From Eledone cirrhosa (lineage: Eukaryota): a DNA stretch of 64,000 nt. Position 1 is the first letter of the stretch, and each line of letters opens with the position of its first letter. Position numbers and translations under genes: made by a program. Location of the stretch: positions 303,986,001 through 304,050,000 of the forward strand of contig OZ024743.1 in the NCBI GenBank assembly GCA_964016885.1, written 5' to 3'. The notes under the pieces were generated by a model. The model was given only the letters and a program-made list of their open reading frames with translations. It ran no database searches and was not told the origin of the DNA. Below, in pieces: positions 45,180 through 64,000 of this stretch.

Positions 45180-46689
45180 GAGAGATTCATGATGTAGGGT
45201 ATACCGAGACAAGTATATGGTGGCGTGTAGTTCGTTAGAATGGTTCCTGAAACTGGAGATGGCGGGGAATATAGGATGTCTCTTGGCGAAAGATATGATG
45301 AATACCAGTAAAAGCAAAATGAAGATATAAATGAAGATAAAGAATAAGGTAAAAACTAAAAAAAAAATAAAAAAGGTCAGTCGTAAGGAGAAGAAAAGGG
45401 GGTAACATTTAAGTTCTAAGAGGAATTTGCGGAAAGTGGTGGTCGTCTCATCTAGCATCGTGTGTGCGCCCCGTCGCTCCATCATCTCATAGCGACCGCC
45501 ATAAATGTAATGTGTTGCTAAATGAGATTGGGTGTAGGTAATGTTGATAATGTGTCAGTCCCTGTATCTTCAGTGGTGGGGTAGTGCGCTGTGTGGAGAC
45601 ACGTTCTCCGCCTCAACTTAGTCGTTTCGGCCACAAACCCTGGCATCGAGGGCCGCCTCGCAGGGGAATGAAAAATAAACAAATACCAGAGATTGTCCGC
45701 TCGGTTCCTCTTCCCACCGGTCACCGTCGTGATCTCAGGCGTATTTCGATCCTGTATAGCCGAGCTCCTCAGCAAACTCGGAATGTCGGCGGCCCTTCCC
45801 AGGAACGAACCATGTGACGTTGACGGAGGGGGAGGGCTGTTGTAGCGGGTGTCACTGGACATTGTCAGCGGGATTGCTTTTGCGATTTTGTCCGACGGTT
45901 GCAGACTTTCTGCCCTGCTCTAGTCCCAAAGCCCAATACTCGTTCACCTCTCCCCTTTCTTCTGCGACACTAGAATATTTCCATCCCCTCCCCTTTCTTC
46001 TGAGACACTAGTGTTTTGTACAACCTCCTCTTCCCGTTCTTTTTTTCTTCTTTTTTCTCTTTTTCCTCTATATTTTCCTATTCTTTTTGTTATTAACGTT
46101 GTTATTATTGTTGTCATTATTATTACTAAAAATAAAAATTTCAATTGTATTTCAATTACTATCAAAGCAGAATTTGCAAGAGGTTTCTGCCCAGCAAACC
46201 GTCCTAGAGGTTACGGAAAATTTCAGAGAGGAAATGAAACCAAATCTGATTATTTCCTGCTAGCATTGTAGCAGCATACCCAGACAACTTAATGGGATTT
46301 GAGCGAAACAAATAGCTCACTAATCTCAAGTATAATTATCAAATAATGGGGAGTATATTAGAAAAGAAATCTTGAGCGATATAATGGTGGATGCATAGAA
46401 GCCCAAATATTTCGACTCCGTTGTCCAGAACTGCTAAAGGTATGGGGCAAAGACAAAACGTTATCAGAGGAAGCTCATAAATGTTATGGAAAAATTATCT
46501 GAATATACTATTACAAGACTGAACAGGTAAAGAAAATAAATAGTATAGCAGTTTACTATAGAAGATTAATGTACTTACAACTGAAATCGTTTGGTCTGTG
46601 TAGTTTCAATCCACGAAAAAACCGTTAATTACCATTAATATATATCAACACACAGACACACCCCACACTCACTCACACAACGCACACGC

Positions 46690-46853
<164 letters not shown>

Positions 46854-49112
46854 GGGGGTTGCATATGTATTTTTATATTTAGATTTTCCTATATCTCAAA
46901 TGTAGTTTTCATACTTTAATCTTGGATTTTATACTCATCTCTTTGTCTATTGTTGTTGCTAATATATTATATTAAAGCACGAACCAATTACTTTTATTCC
47001 TGTAAACCTTTTTGGTTCTTAGCACAGTTAAACACAAGTGTTTTTGCTATGTTATACGTATACACTATTCTGGTGATTCATAGTAATTTTTCTTTTTATA
47101 ACATTCTTAGGTTATTTTTAAATACTTGTAAATTTATTTATATGTTTTTCTGTTTCGTATTCATCACTTTTTCCAAAATATTTTGAAATTTGCTTTACAA
47201 TGTGACAATATATATTCAGACTTCAAATTGCATTGTCTCTAAATCGCTATGTTCTCCAGCTGCTCTTCTCACCACACAATGATGACAAGGGTCAAACTGA
47301 AGAAATATGAACAGCTGACATAACAACGTCTTACAGAAACAGCACAATATGTTCCTCAACAAACAAAAAAAAGGAAATAGCATATAACCTTCAGTCATTG
47401 CGAAGGAAACGGTATCAATGTCTCACGTCAAGCGTCGGTAACTATAGAATTGTGAGTGTATATCATGATATCGCTTAAGTCTCAATTATCGGAACGTGAG
47501 TACAGCTGTCGCAATATATATATATATATATAACTAGTAATCATGATAAGTTAGTTTTCCGCAGGCTAGTGGCAGACCCATACACTTCAAGTGTTTGAAG
47601 TTACTAATAAACAAAAGCACACACTAAAGATGAAAAGGCAACTCCTCCAATCTTCACAATTATGATTGTGTTTCACAGTCCTTGTCTCACAGTGAGACAT
47701 TTGATCTGTTAGATATTGATATTTAACTCTAAACACCTGGCATGAACTGTTATATCTTCTTTTTTGTTTTAAGTACGCACACGTCTCTTCCTCAGATGAT
47801 TTCATTTAGAGGCTTTAAACTTTGTATTTAACCAACTTTATTTTCTACTTCTATAGTAAAAGTATTAGAACTTTATTTGAATAGTTACCAACATACATAC
47901 ATATAATGATTATAGTTGGCAGATGACAGTATTGTTCAGAAGGTGCCAACATATTGAAAATATTCCTGTATAGTCGACATTGATGTCCAACAGATACCTC
48001 AAGCAAGCGACAAATTGATATGGAGTTTCAAACAATTTATGAAATATCTGCGATATGTAAAAATACCGCCTTAAAAATAATTGGATGAAAATCTCAGGAT
48101 ACCATACCCATGAAAAACATTATTCAAGTTAACTGGAAACTTTTTGTCTATATATCTAATTAGCATCTGATACTCATTTCAAAAGATGACTCGATTTAAG
48201 CAAGCCTGCCAAGTACATGATAGTGAACTTTGGAGGAATTTTAAAGATAGGTTTAGAAATTTCCTTTATATAGATTATAACTGTGAACCTGATAATATAT
48301 ACCATCATTTTCCCTCCTGTTTCCTCGCACATCTTATTCTATACTTCTTTTTTCAGCTATGCTTCCACTCAATATAACTCTTATTTAACTGCTTAACTGG
48401 TATGGTAATTTTTTCTCAGCTAATTTTTGTAAATGAAATTGTTTATTCATACTTGTGTTTTCCCCGTCCTTCATTTACATTCCTTCATTTCGTTTCCTAT
48501 ATTCTCTCTGAATTTCCCACGAGAGGATTTGGTAAATTGCACCTTTTATAAGATACATATAACGAACGTAGCTTGCACGTATGCAGGCTTGTTAACTCTG
48601 GGTATCTTTAGATGCGATGTATAGTTTTGTGTTTGGTTACATAAACTCTACTTACTTCTAATTGGTATATAGCTGCACACACACGCATACACAAAGACAC
48701 ACATACCCACACAAACATATGTATACATTTAGACATATATATATATATAATTCACAAGAATCAAAACTATGTTCAAAGCATTTATTCACTTACAATTGTT
48801 ACATCCAAACCTAGGCTTGGTGTCCTCGGAGCATTTTTCAATGTTTGCACATATAATTGACCTCCTTTCGACGCAAGAGACATACAGATACATATATATA
48901 TATATTGATGTACAGTGGAGTGACATACATTACACTATACTCTTTTTGTACAGCAATTCAAATTCAAGATCAAAATCAAAATCAAAATTGAAATAAAAAT
49001 CAAAATTAAAATACATTCGGCAGGTAACACAGATAATGCAGGAGGGTAGTTTGATAGTTTGATATAAAAAGTTTAATATATACATAACCATAAATAGTAT
49101 CCTTAGTACTAC

Positions 49113-49145
<33 letters not shown>

Positions 49146-49674
49146 ATATGTTGAAAAGGTAACACACTAGAGAGAGATACAGTGCGCCATCAATAAAACA
49201 GGGAAACACCACCAGTGTATGGAATCTATAACCTATGATATGCAAAATATAGATACGATAATTAAAAATATAAATTAAAGCGTAAATAAATACCTCTATA
49301 ACTATATAACACACGTACAAATCCAAAGTGATCTTTTCGCCAGTAAGTTGTTGACGGAAATGAAATAACCCAGGTTCGTCAGCGTGTGTTAGGCTATACA
49401 TTTCAGACAACACTAAGAGAATGTTTAAAGCAGCCGTCCAATTACAAGTGGGAGAAAGAAGTCACAGTGTGTTTAAGAGCAGTGAACCAGTGGCCTCTGA
49501 GGGACGAGCTGCTAGACAGAGCAGCCCAAAACCACTCAGAGAAGTGTGCTCAACCAAACAGCGAAGGAGGAGAAAGACTGAGTGCTCTTGGGCTGCCCTT
49601 TCTAGGGCAGGTTGTACTGGGATACATGTTACCAGTAGCACCAACTGGTGACCTGACATACATAAATATATATA

Positions 49675-53797
<4,123 letters not shown>

Positions 53798-54130
53798 ATT
53801 ATTACTATATATATATATATATATATGAGTGTGTGTGTGTGTGGGTGTGTGTGTGTGGGGGGGGGGGGTACAAATGAAGTATAAGTCAGCAGTTTTAAAC
53901 CTGTTGACGTTTACTACATGTTTACATAAAAATATTCCAGAATAAAGAGACACAACCTTTCACTTGGTAGAGTGCTCTACTCTGCATACTGAAATGTCGG
54001 TGATTAACCAATACCTACTCGAATTAATATATATATATAGAGAGAGACAGAGGGAGAGAGACAGAGACATACAGTGAGAGGGTGATATATACACACACAC
54101 ACAAACACACACACACACACACATATATAT

Positions 54131-55162
54131 AGGAAAGAGTAGGACCCCGACGGCTGAGCTGAAGCCGTCGAAACGGCTAATTCTGGACTAAATGAACATT
54201 CTTATCCTGGTATATGAATAGCCGAGCTTCTCAGAGGGTAATTCCATATATGCTAAAAGTGATTGTCACAAGAATTGGTCAAAAGTTTGTTGTTGAGACA
54301 CATAATTCTATCATGGCAATTTGTGGAGGGATGGGGTAGCAGAACCTGCCAGTAGAAGAAAGAGGGAGAGGGGTGGAGGAAACCCAGTCGTGCGTTGATG
54401 TGCAGACTACAGCTGGGCAGGAAGTCAAGGAAGTATACTAGGGAGGGGGGGGGGGGAAGTCGAAACAATAAGTAAAACAATATGGGGTAAATATATAGAA
54501 AAATACCGAGAATGTTAAAAAAACTATTAAATATAAAAAAAAACAATTTCTGGTTACTATATACTATAACCTAAGGACAGCTATCAAGTCTCTCACTGGT
54601 ACTGCTAGACTAGCAGTACCAGTGAGAGACTTGATAGCTGTCCTTAGGTTATAGTAACCAGAAATTGTTTTTTTTTATATTTAATAGTTTTTTTAACATT
54701 CTCGGTATTTTTCTATATATTTACCCCATATTGTTTTACTTATTGTTTCGACTTCCGCCCCCTCCACCTCCCTAGTATACTTCCTTGACTTCCTGCCCAG
54801 CTGTAGTTTGCACATCAACGCACGACTGGGTTTCCTCCACCCCTCTCCCTCTTTATTCTACTGGCAGGTTCAGCTACCCCATCCCACCACAAATTGCAAT
54901 GATAGAATTATGTGTCTCAACAACAAACTTTTGACCAATCCTTGTGACAATCACATTTACCATATATGGAATTACCCCCTGAGAAGCTCGGCTATTCATA
55001 TACCAGGATAAAAATGTTCATTTAGTCCAGAATTAGCCGTCGAAACGGCTTGAGCTCAGCCGTCGGGGTCCTAGTCTTTCCTATTACCCACTCTACTACC
55101 CTAAGTATTGAGTACTTTGGTGCGTTATGGTCCACCTGGTTCCTTACCACATTTCCTTTTCT
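54131..55162. mobile_element. ~950-bp palindrome (1-nt spacer at 54609) of a PLE-type pLTR with 80-nt tail
   Basis: ACTGCTAG-A-CTAGCAGT centre; arms reverse complementary; TA-flanked. Confidence 0.88.
54974..55069 (+). ncRNA. Hammerhead-like motif with variant core CUGAGAA
   Basis: acccc-CTGAGAA-..cggcta...tagccg..-GAAA-cggct(tgagctc)agccg-TC-ggggt. Confidence 0.55.
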
Positions 55163-55969
55163 TATATATATATATAATGTATAAAAATCAATACAATATA
55201 ATTACCTCATTTCCAGAGGTTACCCGAATGAGGCGAATACGAAAGAAACGTCTTCATTCGTTCGTCAGACGAGGCAATATAAAACGTGGAAAGTTTCATC
55301 AAGAAAAGCAAAAAAAAAGCAAAAACCAAAAATATATATATAGACAAATGAATTAGAATATGAAATATATAAAATATTACAAGAAATATAGTTAGGTATG
55401 TGTATATGTATGTATATACGCTCACAGATGTGCATATATGTGTATGCACATATGTATACGTATAGTGAAAAAGTGTGCGTAAATATATAATTTAGGGCGA
55501 AAGTATATGTGTATCTGTAATCTACAGACTGAATAGATACATCATAAGAATAGGAAGGCGCGCGCATAAACACACCTACACACACGTACACTTATATGCG
55601 GAAGTAAAAGAGGTAAGAGAGTGTAATAATTAAAGGAAAGTATCAATCTCGATATATTTATAAAAATGGAACAATAATTTAGAAAGAAAAAATTTAAGAA
55701 AAGAAGACAAACAAGGTACACGCATACACACACACGTATATCTCACAAAAGAAACGCAAAAATATACATGCTTATATACACACGCACATTTACACATACA
55801 TACGTTCGATACGTACACATACACACACACACACATACTTAGACTCACGCATATTGACCTGTCTGCATGCACACGCATAAAAATGAGGATGTAAAAAAAG
55901 GGGAGAAGAAAAAAGAAACAAAACATAAAACCTAGATGTAAAAACACGGATATAAAGACACATACACAT

Positions 55970-56047
<78 letters not shown>

Positions 56048-56456
56048 GTACGCGCGCGCACATACGAAGACGCTCATGTACATATATAGAAAGTATACAC
56101 ACATTAAGGCGTTCAGCCACATAGATACAGGGTGTAAAAAACTTGTCGATAAGTAAGTACAAATATAAAATTATAAAATTGTAAGATTGGTTGCGCAAAA
56201 ATAAAAAATAAAAATAAAAATAAAAAATATCTTGAGTGGAAAACGCAAGTGGAAAACGCAGTTAGTGAAGGAAATAGGGAAGTAAAAAATGGAAAGTGAA
56301 AATATTAGGTAAGTGAATCGGAGTGTAAGGGGGGGGGGGGTTATTGGTGGATGTGAAGTAAAAATAAAAAAATAAAAATAAAAATAAATGAAATTAATAA
56401 TAAGGATAAAAATGAAAGTAAATCAGAAAGGGTAATTATAAAGAGAATAAAAGAGT

Positions 56457-58525
56457 CTATGGAGGATAAGTATCTGAAAGTGTGTTAAGTTTATATGAGC
56501 TGGAAAGCAGGTGTGATTTCATGTGAGGGCAACTGGTGAAAATTTCCGTCTTTGTGTTCAGGCAGGTCTTTGGTGATTTAACATTTTGCAAGATCCAATA
56601 TTTTTCATTTATGCAGAGCGTGCAGTTTCTTGTTCCTCTTGAATATTCTTTAGATTGGTTCAAAATTGACCAATCCAATTTATATTGGATGCCTTGGTCT
56701 TTCAAATCCCAAATTCTGCTAGCCAGAGCTGTTGTAAATCTTTTTTCTGGATGTCGAAAGGATGCGACATGTGAGTAATAACACGTTTTGAATGTGTTTT
56801 GCGTCTTGAATTGGTGTTGCATTTACCTTGTAATGGCATTCACTTTTGATTCTACAGGAGCAAGTTTGATTTTCTCTAGGTGATTTTTTGTTGATGATAT
56901 AGGACTTAATAGGGGGACCGCAGGAATAGCTAATTTTGACACAGTTTCTGTTAAAGATCTTATAGTATCTATGTGTTCTAGGGAAATGTTTATCTAGGAG
57001 CTCTAGGAATTTTTTGCCTACATTAGTTTTAACTGCTAGAGAGTAGGGGTGTGTGAACCAGATTATTTTTCTTTTCTTGTTTTTATGTTTAATAGAGTTG
57101 GTATAGTTGGGTATGTATTTAATCGGTTCGCTAAAACCGCTATTTTGGAGGGCTTTATTATAGTAGGGGGATGCCTTATTAAAAATAGCTTCTGAGGAAG
57201 AGAGGGTGGAGATCCTACGGCTAATATTAGGGATAAGGTTTTTAAAAACAATAGGAGGATGGCAAGAGCCTTTATTTATATATTTTAAGTTTTCATTAGG
57301 TTTATGGTATGGTTTATAAGAAGCAGTAGGCAAATCTAGGTTTATATCTAGGAAATCTACATTGGAAAGGTTAGTGTCAATAGTAATTTTAAAATTAAAA
57401 CTAGCGAAGGTTTTTATTAAGTCTTTCCTTAATCTATCTAAGTTATGGCCTATGGTGGTATGGGAAAGAATTAGACCATCGTCGCGATAAAGCCCAAAAA
57501 TATGGTTAGGAAATTTTTATTTAAGTGTATGTAGGAGGAATAGGCCGACCAAATCACAAACATCAGCACTGTCATAAGAGCCCATTGAGACATCGAATGG
57601 GCTCTCTGGGTTAGATATTTTTACCCAAGTGTCATTATCAGTAAAGAGTAGAGTGTTTCTAGCGTGCAAGATGACATTCTCTTCAATATCGGAGATATTA
57701 GTAAACCCTCTAGCGAAATTTAAAGCTTTCGCTAAAAGGGTCTGAGTAATAGATGGGTAGAAATCTACAATGTCAAATTGGGTGAATCTAGAACTATTTT
57801 TGTTTTTAATATTATTAAACCAATGTACTACGGAAGAGCTATTTATCCATTGGAGTAATTTAGACTTACTTCTAATGTGTGTATTTATATTATTTAAAAT
57901 TTTTTTGCTGGCAAGACCAATATCAGTCTTAGTAAGGTTGATTAATCTACAACTCGGACGATTAATAAAGTCGGGTTTGTGATCTTTAAGGGTGATGTAC
58001 GCATTACGTTTAGCAAGTTTTTCTGTCCTATTATCTATTTTTAAAGAAACAGCTAATTCTTTAGCTTCCTTATTTATATTATGGTACGTATTTATATTAG
58101 CTATTTGGTATTTAGAGGTGATATTATCTATTAATAGTTGGTCGTGTAAATTATTGTTAACTTCATATAGGTTTTTAGTTTTATCGGAGAAGATGAACTT
58201 ATTATTAGAACGATTTGAATGTTAAAATATCATTAGATAGTTTAGATTGAAAAGGGTTAGAGTACTTACGAAAATTGATATTGTTGATTAGGTTAACTTG
58301 GTATAATTCAAAGGCGGTCATATCTTTTACTCTTTGCGGGTATTTATGAGTTTTTATGTCAAAATATTCCGTAGAATCCGTGTTAAAGTGTCCATCGAGA
58401 ATCAAAGCTTTCCATCTCATTCGTTTAACAACCTGCTCTACTGTGTCTATCAGTATTTTCGTGTAGAGAGTGTTAGAAGGTGTTGGGATATTCTTTACAG
58501 AGTAATCCAAAGGGTATCTATCCAT
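56457..58525 (-). pseudogene. PLE RT + GIY-YIG with frameshifts and a nonsense codon
   Basis: MDRYPLDYSVKNIPTP..KRMRWKA; FDVSMGSYDSADVCDLVGLFLLHTLK*KFP..LYRDDG; CSCRIKSEC; CTLCINEK; endonuclease region appears partly deleted. Confidence 0.9.
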
Positions 58526-58744
58526 GTTCAGTATTGGTTTAAAATCCTATGACTGAAGAGTGCTCGACTTCAAAAGGGCTGGAAGGTGCCAATCTCATAA
58601 ATATGTAGAATATGCTGCGATCATTCCCTTGGGAGCTGTATAAGTATTGAAATTTCCGTTGAAAACAGAAAAGGTCATAGAAGTGAAGAGTGCTCTATGT
58701 AAGTACCAGAGCAACATTTAATGTATAAAAATCAATACAATATA

Positions 58745-58822
58745 ATTGCCTCATTACCAGAGGTTTCCCGAATGAGGCGAATACGAAAGAAACGTCTTCA
58801 TTCGTTCGTCAGACGAGGCAAT
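58745..58822 (-). ncRNA. Type I hammerhead ribozyme in 5' pLTR
   Basis: attgcctcgt-CTGACGA-a-cgaatga...tcattcg-g-GAAA-cc(tct)gg-TA-atgaggcaat; 10-bp stem I. Confidence 0.85.
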
Positions 58823-59966
58823 ATAAAACATGGGTAAATACTTGGAAAGTCTCATCAAGAAAAGCAAAAAAAAAAAAAAAAAAAAAAGACAAATGAATTA
58901 GAATATGAAATATATAAAATCTTACAAGAAATATAGTTAGATGTGTGTATATGTATGTATATACGCTCACAGATGTGCATATATGGGTATGCACATATGT
59001 ATACGTATAGTGAAAAAGTGTGTGTAAATATATAATTTAGGGCAAATGTATCTGTGTATCTGTAATCTACAGACTGAATAGATACATCATAAGAATAGGA
59101 AGGCGCGCGCATAAACACACCTACACACACGTACACTTATATGCGGAAGTAAAAGAGGTAAGAGAGTGTAATAATTAAAGGAAAGTATCAATCTCGATAT
59201 ATTTATAAAAATGGAACAATAAATTAGAAAGAAAAAATTTAAGAAAAGAAGACAAACAAGGTACACGCATACACACACACGTATATCTCACAAAAGAAAC
59301 GCAAAAATATACATGCTTATATACACACGCACATTTACACATCCATACGTTCGATGCGTACACATACACACACATGCTTACACTCACGCATATTGACCTG
59401 TTTGTATGCACACGCATAAAAATGAGGACGTAAAAAAAGGGGAGAAGAAAAAAGAAACAAAACATAAAACCTAGATGTAAAAACACGGATATAAAGACAC
59501 ATCACATACACATACATATATATATATGTATATATATATACACGTACGCGCGCGCACATACGTAGACGCTCATGTACATATATAGAAAGTATACACACAC
59601 TAAGGCGTTCAGCCACATAGATACAGGGTGTAAAAAACTGGTGGATAAGTAAGTACAAATATAAAATTATAAAGTTGTAAGATTGGCTGCGCAAAAATAA
59701 AAAATAAAAATAAAAATAAAAAATATCTGGAGTGGAAAACGCAAGTGACCTGTGTAATCAGTTAGTGAAGGAAATAGGGAAGTAAAAAAATGAAAAGTGA
59801 AGATATTAGGTAAGTGAATCGAAGAATAAAGGGGGGGGGGGGTTATTGGTGGATGTGAAGTAAAAATAAAAAAATAAATAAAAATAAAAATAAAAATAAA
59901 TGAAATTAATAATAAGGATAAAAATGAAAGTAAATCAGAAAGGGTAATTATAAAGAGAATAATAAG

Positions 59967-60026
<60 letters not shown>

Positions 60027-60029
<3 letters not shown>

Positions 60030-60780
60030 TTTGTTTAACCTGTTTAGCTTGCTTCGTTTTTTCGGCTCCGGTGGCTAATAGTTTCATAACCGCCGTTTTC
60101 AGTTTGTCTTGTCTCTATAACTTATGTTAATTGCTCTGGTCTACATTTAGTCCATTGAGCGCTTACCGCATATCTCGAAAATTGCCTTTCGATTTGTTTT
60201 TGACCGCAGTCGAAATGCGATCTCGCTGAAATTATATGTGTATTAATCTCCCGGGCCTAGCAATTAATTTCTTGATTCTATTAGACAATTCTATTGACTA
60301 ATTAATTGCTTAAGTTTATTTAAAAACAACCCGGTCGAGGGCTTAATTCGATTTGTGCAGTTTTTTGCAATTATTGCAATCATTTTACACATTCTGAATC
60401 AATCCGCCAAACCGGGGTTACGTCCCTAGCAGGGCAAACACGTGGGGTAAATCAGTCCAACACTACTACTCACCGGCTAAGAACAAAATCCTGTTGACGA
60501 AATGGCAGCCTTGTTCGATCGTTATACCCAAATCTTACATTGAAAGCAGGAGGTATAATTCCAGTGGATTATACCATCAATTTCCAGGAGATCCAGGTAA
60601 ATTCTTTTGTTTAACCTGTTTAGCTTGCTTCGGTTTTTCGGCTCCGGTGGCTGATAGCTTTCCGACCGCCGTTTTCAGTTTGTTTGGCCTCTATGACTTA
60701 TTTGCTCTGGTCTACTTCTAATCCATTGAGCGCTTGCCGTATATCTCGAAATGCGCTCTCGCTGAAATTATATTTGTGTG
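60027..60780. repeat. Diverged partial tandem, ~576-bp period
   Basis: TCTTTTGTTTAACCTGTTTAGCTTGCTTCG at ~60027 and ~60603. Confidence 0.8.
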
Positions 60781-61127
60781 TGTATTTCGTTTTTTCGTTG
60801 ATAGCAAAACGACGGCTGGGAGACCCTTTCAGGAACTCATATTTCTGCTGGGCACACAAACAATAAGACGTGTGTTTTTTTCCTGCCGGCGAGATATCAA
60901 ACATATCGAGTATCATCTGAGGATACCGTTCAACAACAAATGCATGAAAGACTTCTTGATTGCATGGAGAAACTATAAATAATTATAAGAATTAAACGAT
61001 ATGTGTAACCTCAGCATCTTATTTTGTTATTTTTATAAAAATCTCCATCGTAACTAAAAACTACGACTGTTGAGAGCTTTTTCCTGCTTGCTCCTGTTTT
61101 TACCAGAATAATCTCTTCTCAACACAT

Positions 61128-61159
<32 letters not shown>

Positions 61160-62689
61160 TGTGTGTGCGCGCGTGTGTGTGTGTGTGTGCGTGTCTGTGT
61201 GTTCTTTTGTGTGCGTACATAAAGTTCAAAGAGAGTGAGATATAGAAAGAGGGAAGGAGGAAATGAAAGCGAAATTTGTTAAACAATTCTGTTTGCTTGA
61301 TTAAAATGTAGATGATCTTAATTTATCAGTTGCTTCGTAATAGTTATAGCAACATTTATTGCTTAATGAGTGATATATCCGGGATAATTTAAAATAGAAC
61401 AACTTTGAGTAAATTACTTCAACATATATATTAATTTAATACTAACCAATAGAAATTCAACATCATCGGATTTATTTCAAATATTTCATTATGAAATCTT
61501 TAGAATCATTCATATTTACATATAATCAACAGATAACATGTTCTATTCTACTATTAATTCGTTCGATCTCAAACATTATGATAATCGAACCATCAATTTT
61601 CGCCACAATCATGTTCCTCACCTTGTAGTGTAACTGATATTTGAGGTCTTAATTACTAAAATAATTATTCCATACACAACCATTTACAACCTAGTATGTT
61701 AAGAGTCGATCCTAACATATCTAATTTCTACATCGATGAGTTCTTATCTTTCCTGTTACTAATTATAGGAATTATCATTCGTAATATATCTATAATAAAT
61801 TATTAAATTAGTTATTTATATTTTGTAATAAACTCAACTAGAGATAGTCATGTAATATTTCCATTCCCTCAGTGAGCACACGCTCACACACACACGCACA
61901 CGCACATCGCCTTTCTGTATTTCCTTCTTCCAGTCATATCTATGTGTCAATACACTTCTCATTGTGCTCCTCTCTTTCAATATTTTCTATATTTGATTTG
62001 ACTCGTAAAGTGTCTCTCTGGCAACTTGTCCCTTTCTTTTGAATCTATCGCCCATTGTTGTCGTTGACATTATTTGGCATTTTTAACGACTGTTCTAGCG
62101 ATGAATATTCTCGATCAGAGACAACAGTGTTAGTCATTTAACTTTATCATAACTATAATTATTTTTCTCTTTAGAAGAGACAACAGCATGAGGTCCACAA
62201 AATCGTTATTTTCTTTTCTTTGTCTTCTTTCGTCCTTCTATCTGTGCTGTTTGTTTTATCACACACACCATACCAACAGAAAGATTTATTTTTTCTGTTG
62301 CAAGATCCAGCATTTGAAAAGGGTACTATAAATTAAATCGTGCGAATCAATTTTGCTGGTTTGTGTTCTAATGAAGTTATAGGTGTGTGGAGGACTGTGT
62401 CTTGTACATCGCCTTTCTTTATTTCCCCCTTCCAGTCAATTCTATGCGCCAACACACTTTTTGTTATCCTCCTATTTCAATCTTTTCTACATTTCATCTG
62501 CCTGTCACCCACCTTATTGGACGTCTTTGTCGGCCACTGTCCACTGGTCTCTGTCTACTGATGCATTTTACCCATCGCTTACATTGATAGCTCTTGACTG
62601 TTTTATCGGCTGTTCTAGCTATTTTTGTCGTTTTTGTATGCATTCAAATACGCACTCCCGTCATCTCAATCAGAGACGACAATGTTCTA

Positions 62690-62753
<64 letters not shown>

Positions 62754-63096
62754 AAATTAAGATAAATCAAATGAATCTAATCTAAATAAAAATTATATAA
62801 CACGTGGTGCTGGCCAGTCGCTGATTTGAGCTTTAAGTGTAAACACGGATCGCTGGAACTTCTTCCTTGTTGAAAATCCAAGTCTCCACTTCCCTGGTTT
62901 ACCATCCGATTAATTGGTGAAATATATTTCTTTAATGGAATATATACAGGAAAGATTAATCATATTATAAGGTATCTATTTTTGAAGTTCTGGTCAACTT
63001 TATTTAGTTACCTACCTAGCTATGTGTGGTTACACACTTGTAAAAATTATCTCCTGTGATTATTCATGTTTATTTATATGTTAATCAATTTCTAGT

Positions 63097-63648
<552 letters not shown>

Positions 63649-64000
63649 AGACTTGGGCTACATCCATTCCATAGTCAGCACAGTACATGTCGGTTCTCTC
63701 AGACTGCTGTACTGAGTGATTTCATCAGAAGGAAACTTGATACTTGATGTGGCCGGTTTCCCATCACGATACAAGTCTGTCAGTTTCAAGAGGCTTTCCT
63801 GACTTATCTAAGACACCACAGGTTACTCCTGTTGTCATCTGTATCTCTCGGATCAGGAAACAGGAAGCACCAGCCGAAATGCAAAGGAGCGAAATAAAAC
63901 TAAAATTTGGTTTTAACTGAAATGGCCCTCTGCTTTTGTGTCTGTTGTCGAAAACTCTGGTGTCCTCGCTCCCTAACCTCTCACCATCTTCTACACAAGC

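Larger units (their letters stand above)
55177..59970 (-). mobile_element. Full-length but inactivated PLE with ~1.25-kb direct pLTRs (58721-59970 and 55177-56456)
   Basis: Direct repeats flank a disrupted RT-EN frame; (TA)n on both sides. Confidence 0.92.

Overview
AT-rich animal genomic DNA. The tRNA-derived SINEs look like octopus/cephalopod families, from recognition only and not a database check. I can support no host protein-coding gene. The window is a microsatellite-rich cluster of mobile elements dominated by Penelope-like retroelements (PLEs) inserted in (TA)n. These include one intact 800-aa RT+GIY-YIG ORF (17597-19999) with direct and inverted pseudo-LTRs, three decayed relatives from other families, a Neptune-type fragment, and many short palindromic PLE-end insertions. 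Reading both strands gives about 12 type I hammerhead ribozyme (HHR) motifs with an intact core from at least 6 unrelated repeat families, plus several variant or degenerate ones. The best candidate system is a non-coding tandem repeat of 418-466 nt carrying one minimal HHR per complete unit (39727-41292 and 32568-33190). It integrates with PLE-type junctions, which fits a retrozyme-like, possibly circular RNA parasite of the PLE enzyme. Also present are four non-autonomous Helitrons, R4/Dong, Tx1-like, CRE and RTE LINE fragments, SINEs and a 4.4-kb (TA)n tract. All ribozyme folds were done by eye and activity is untested.
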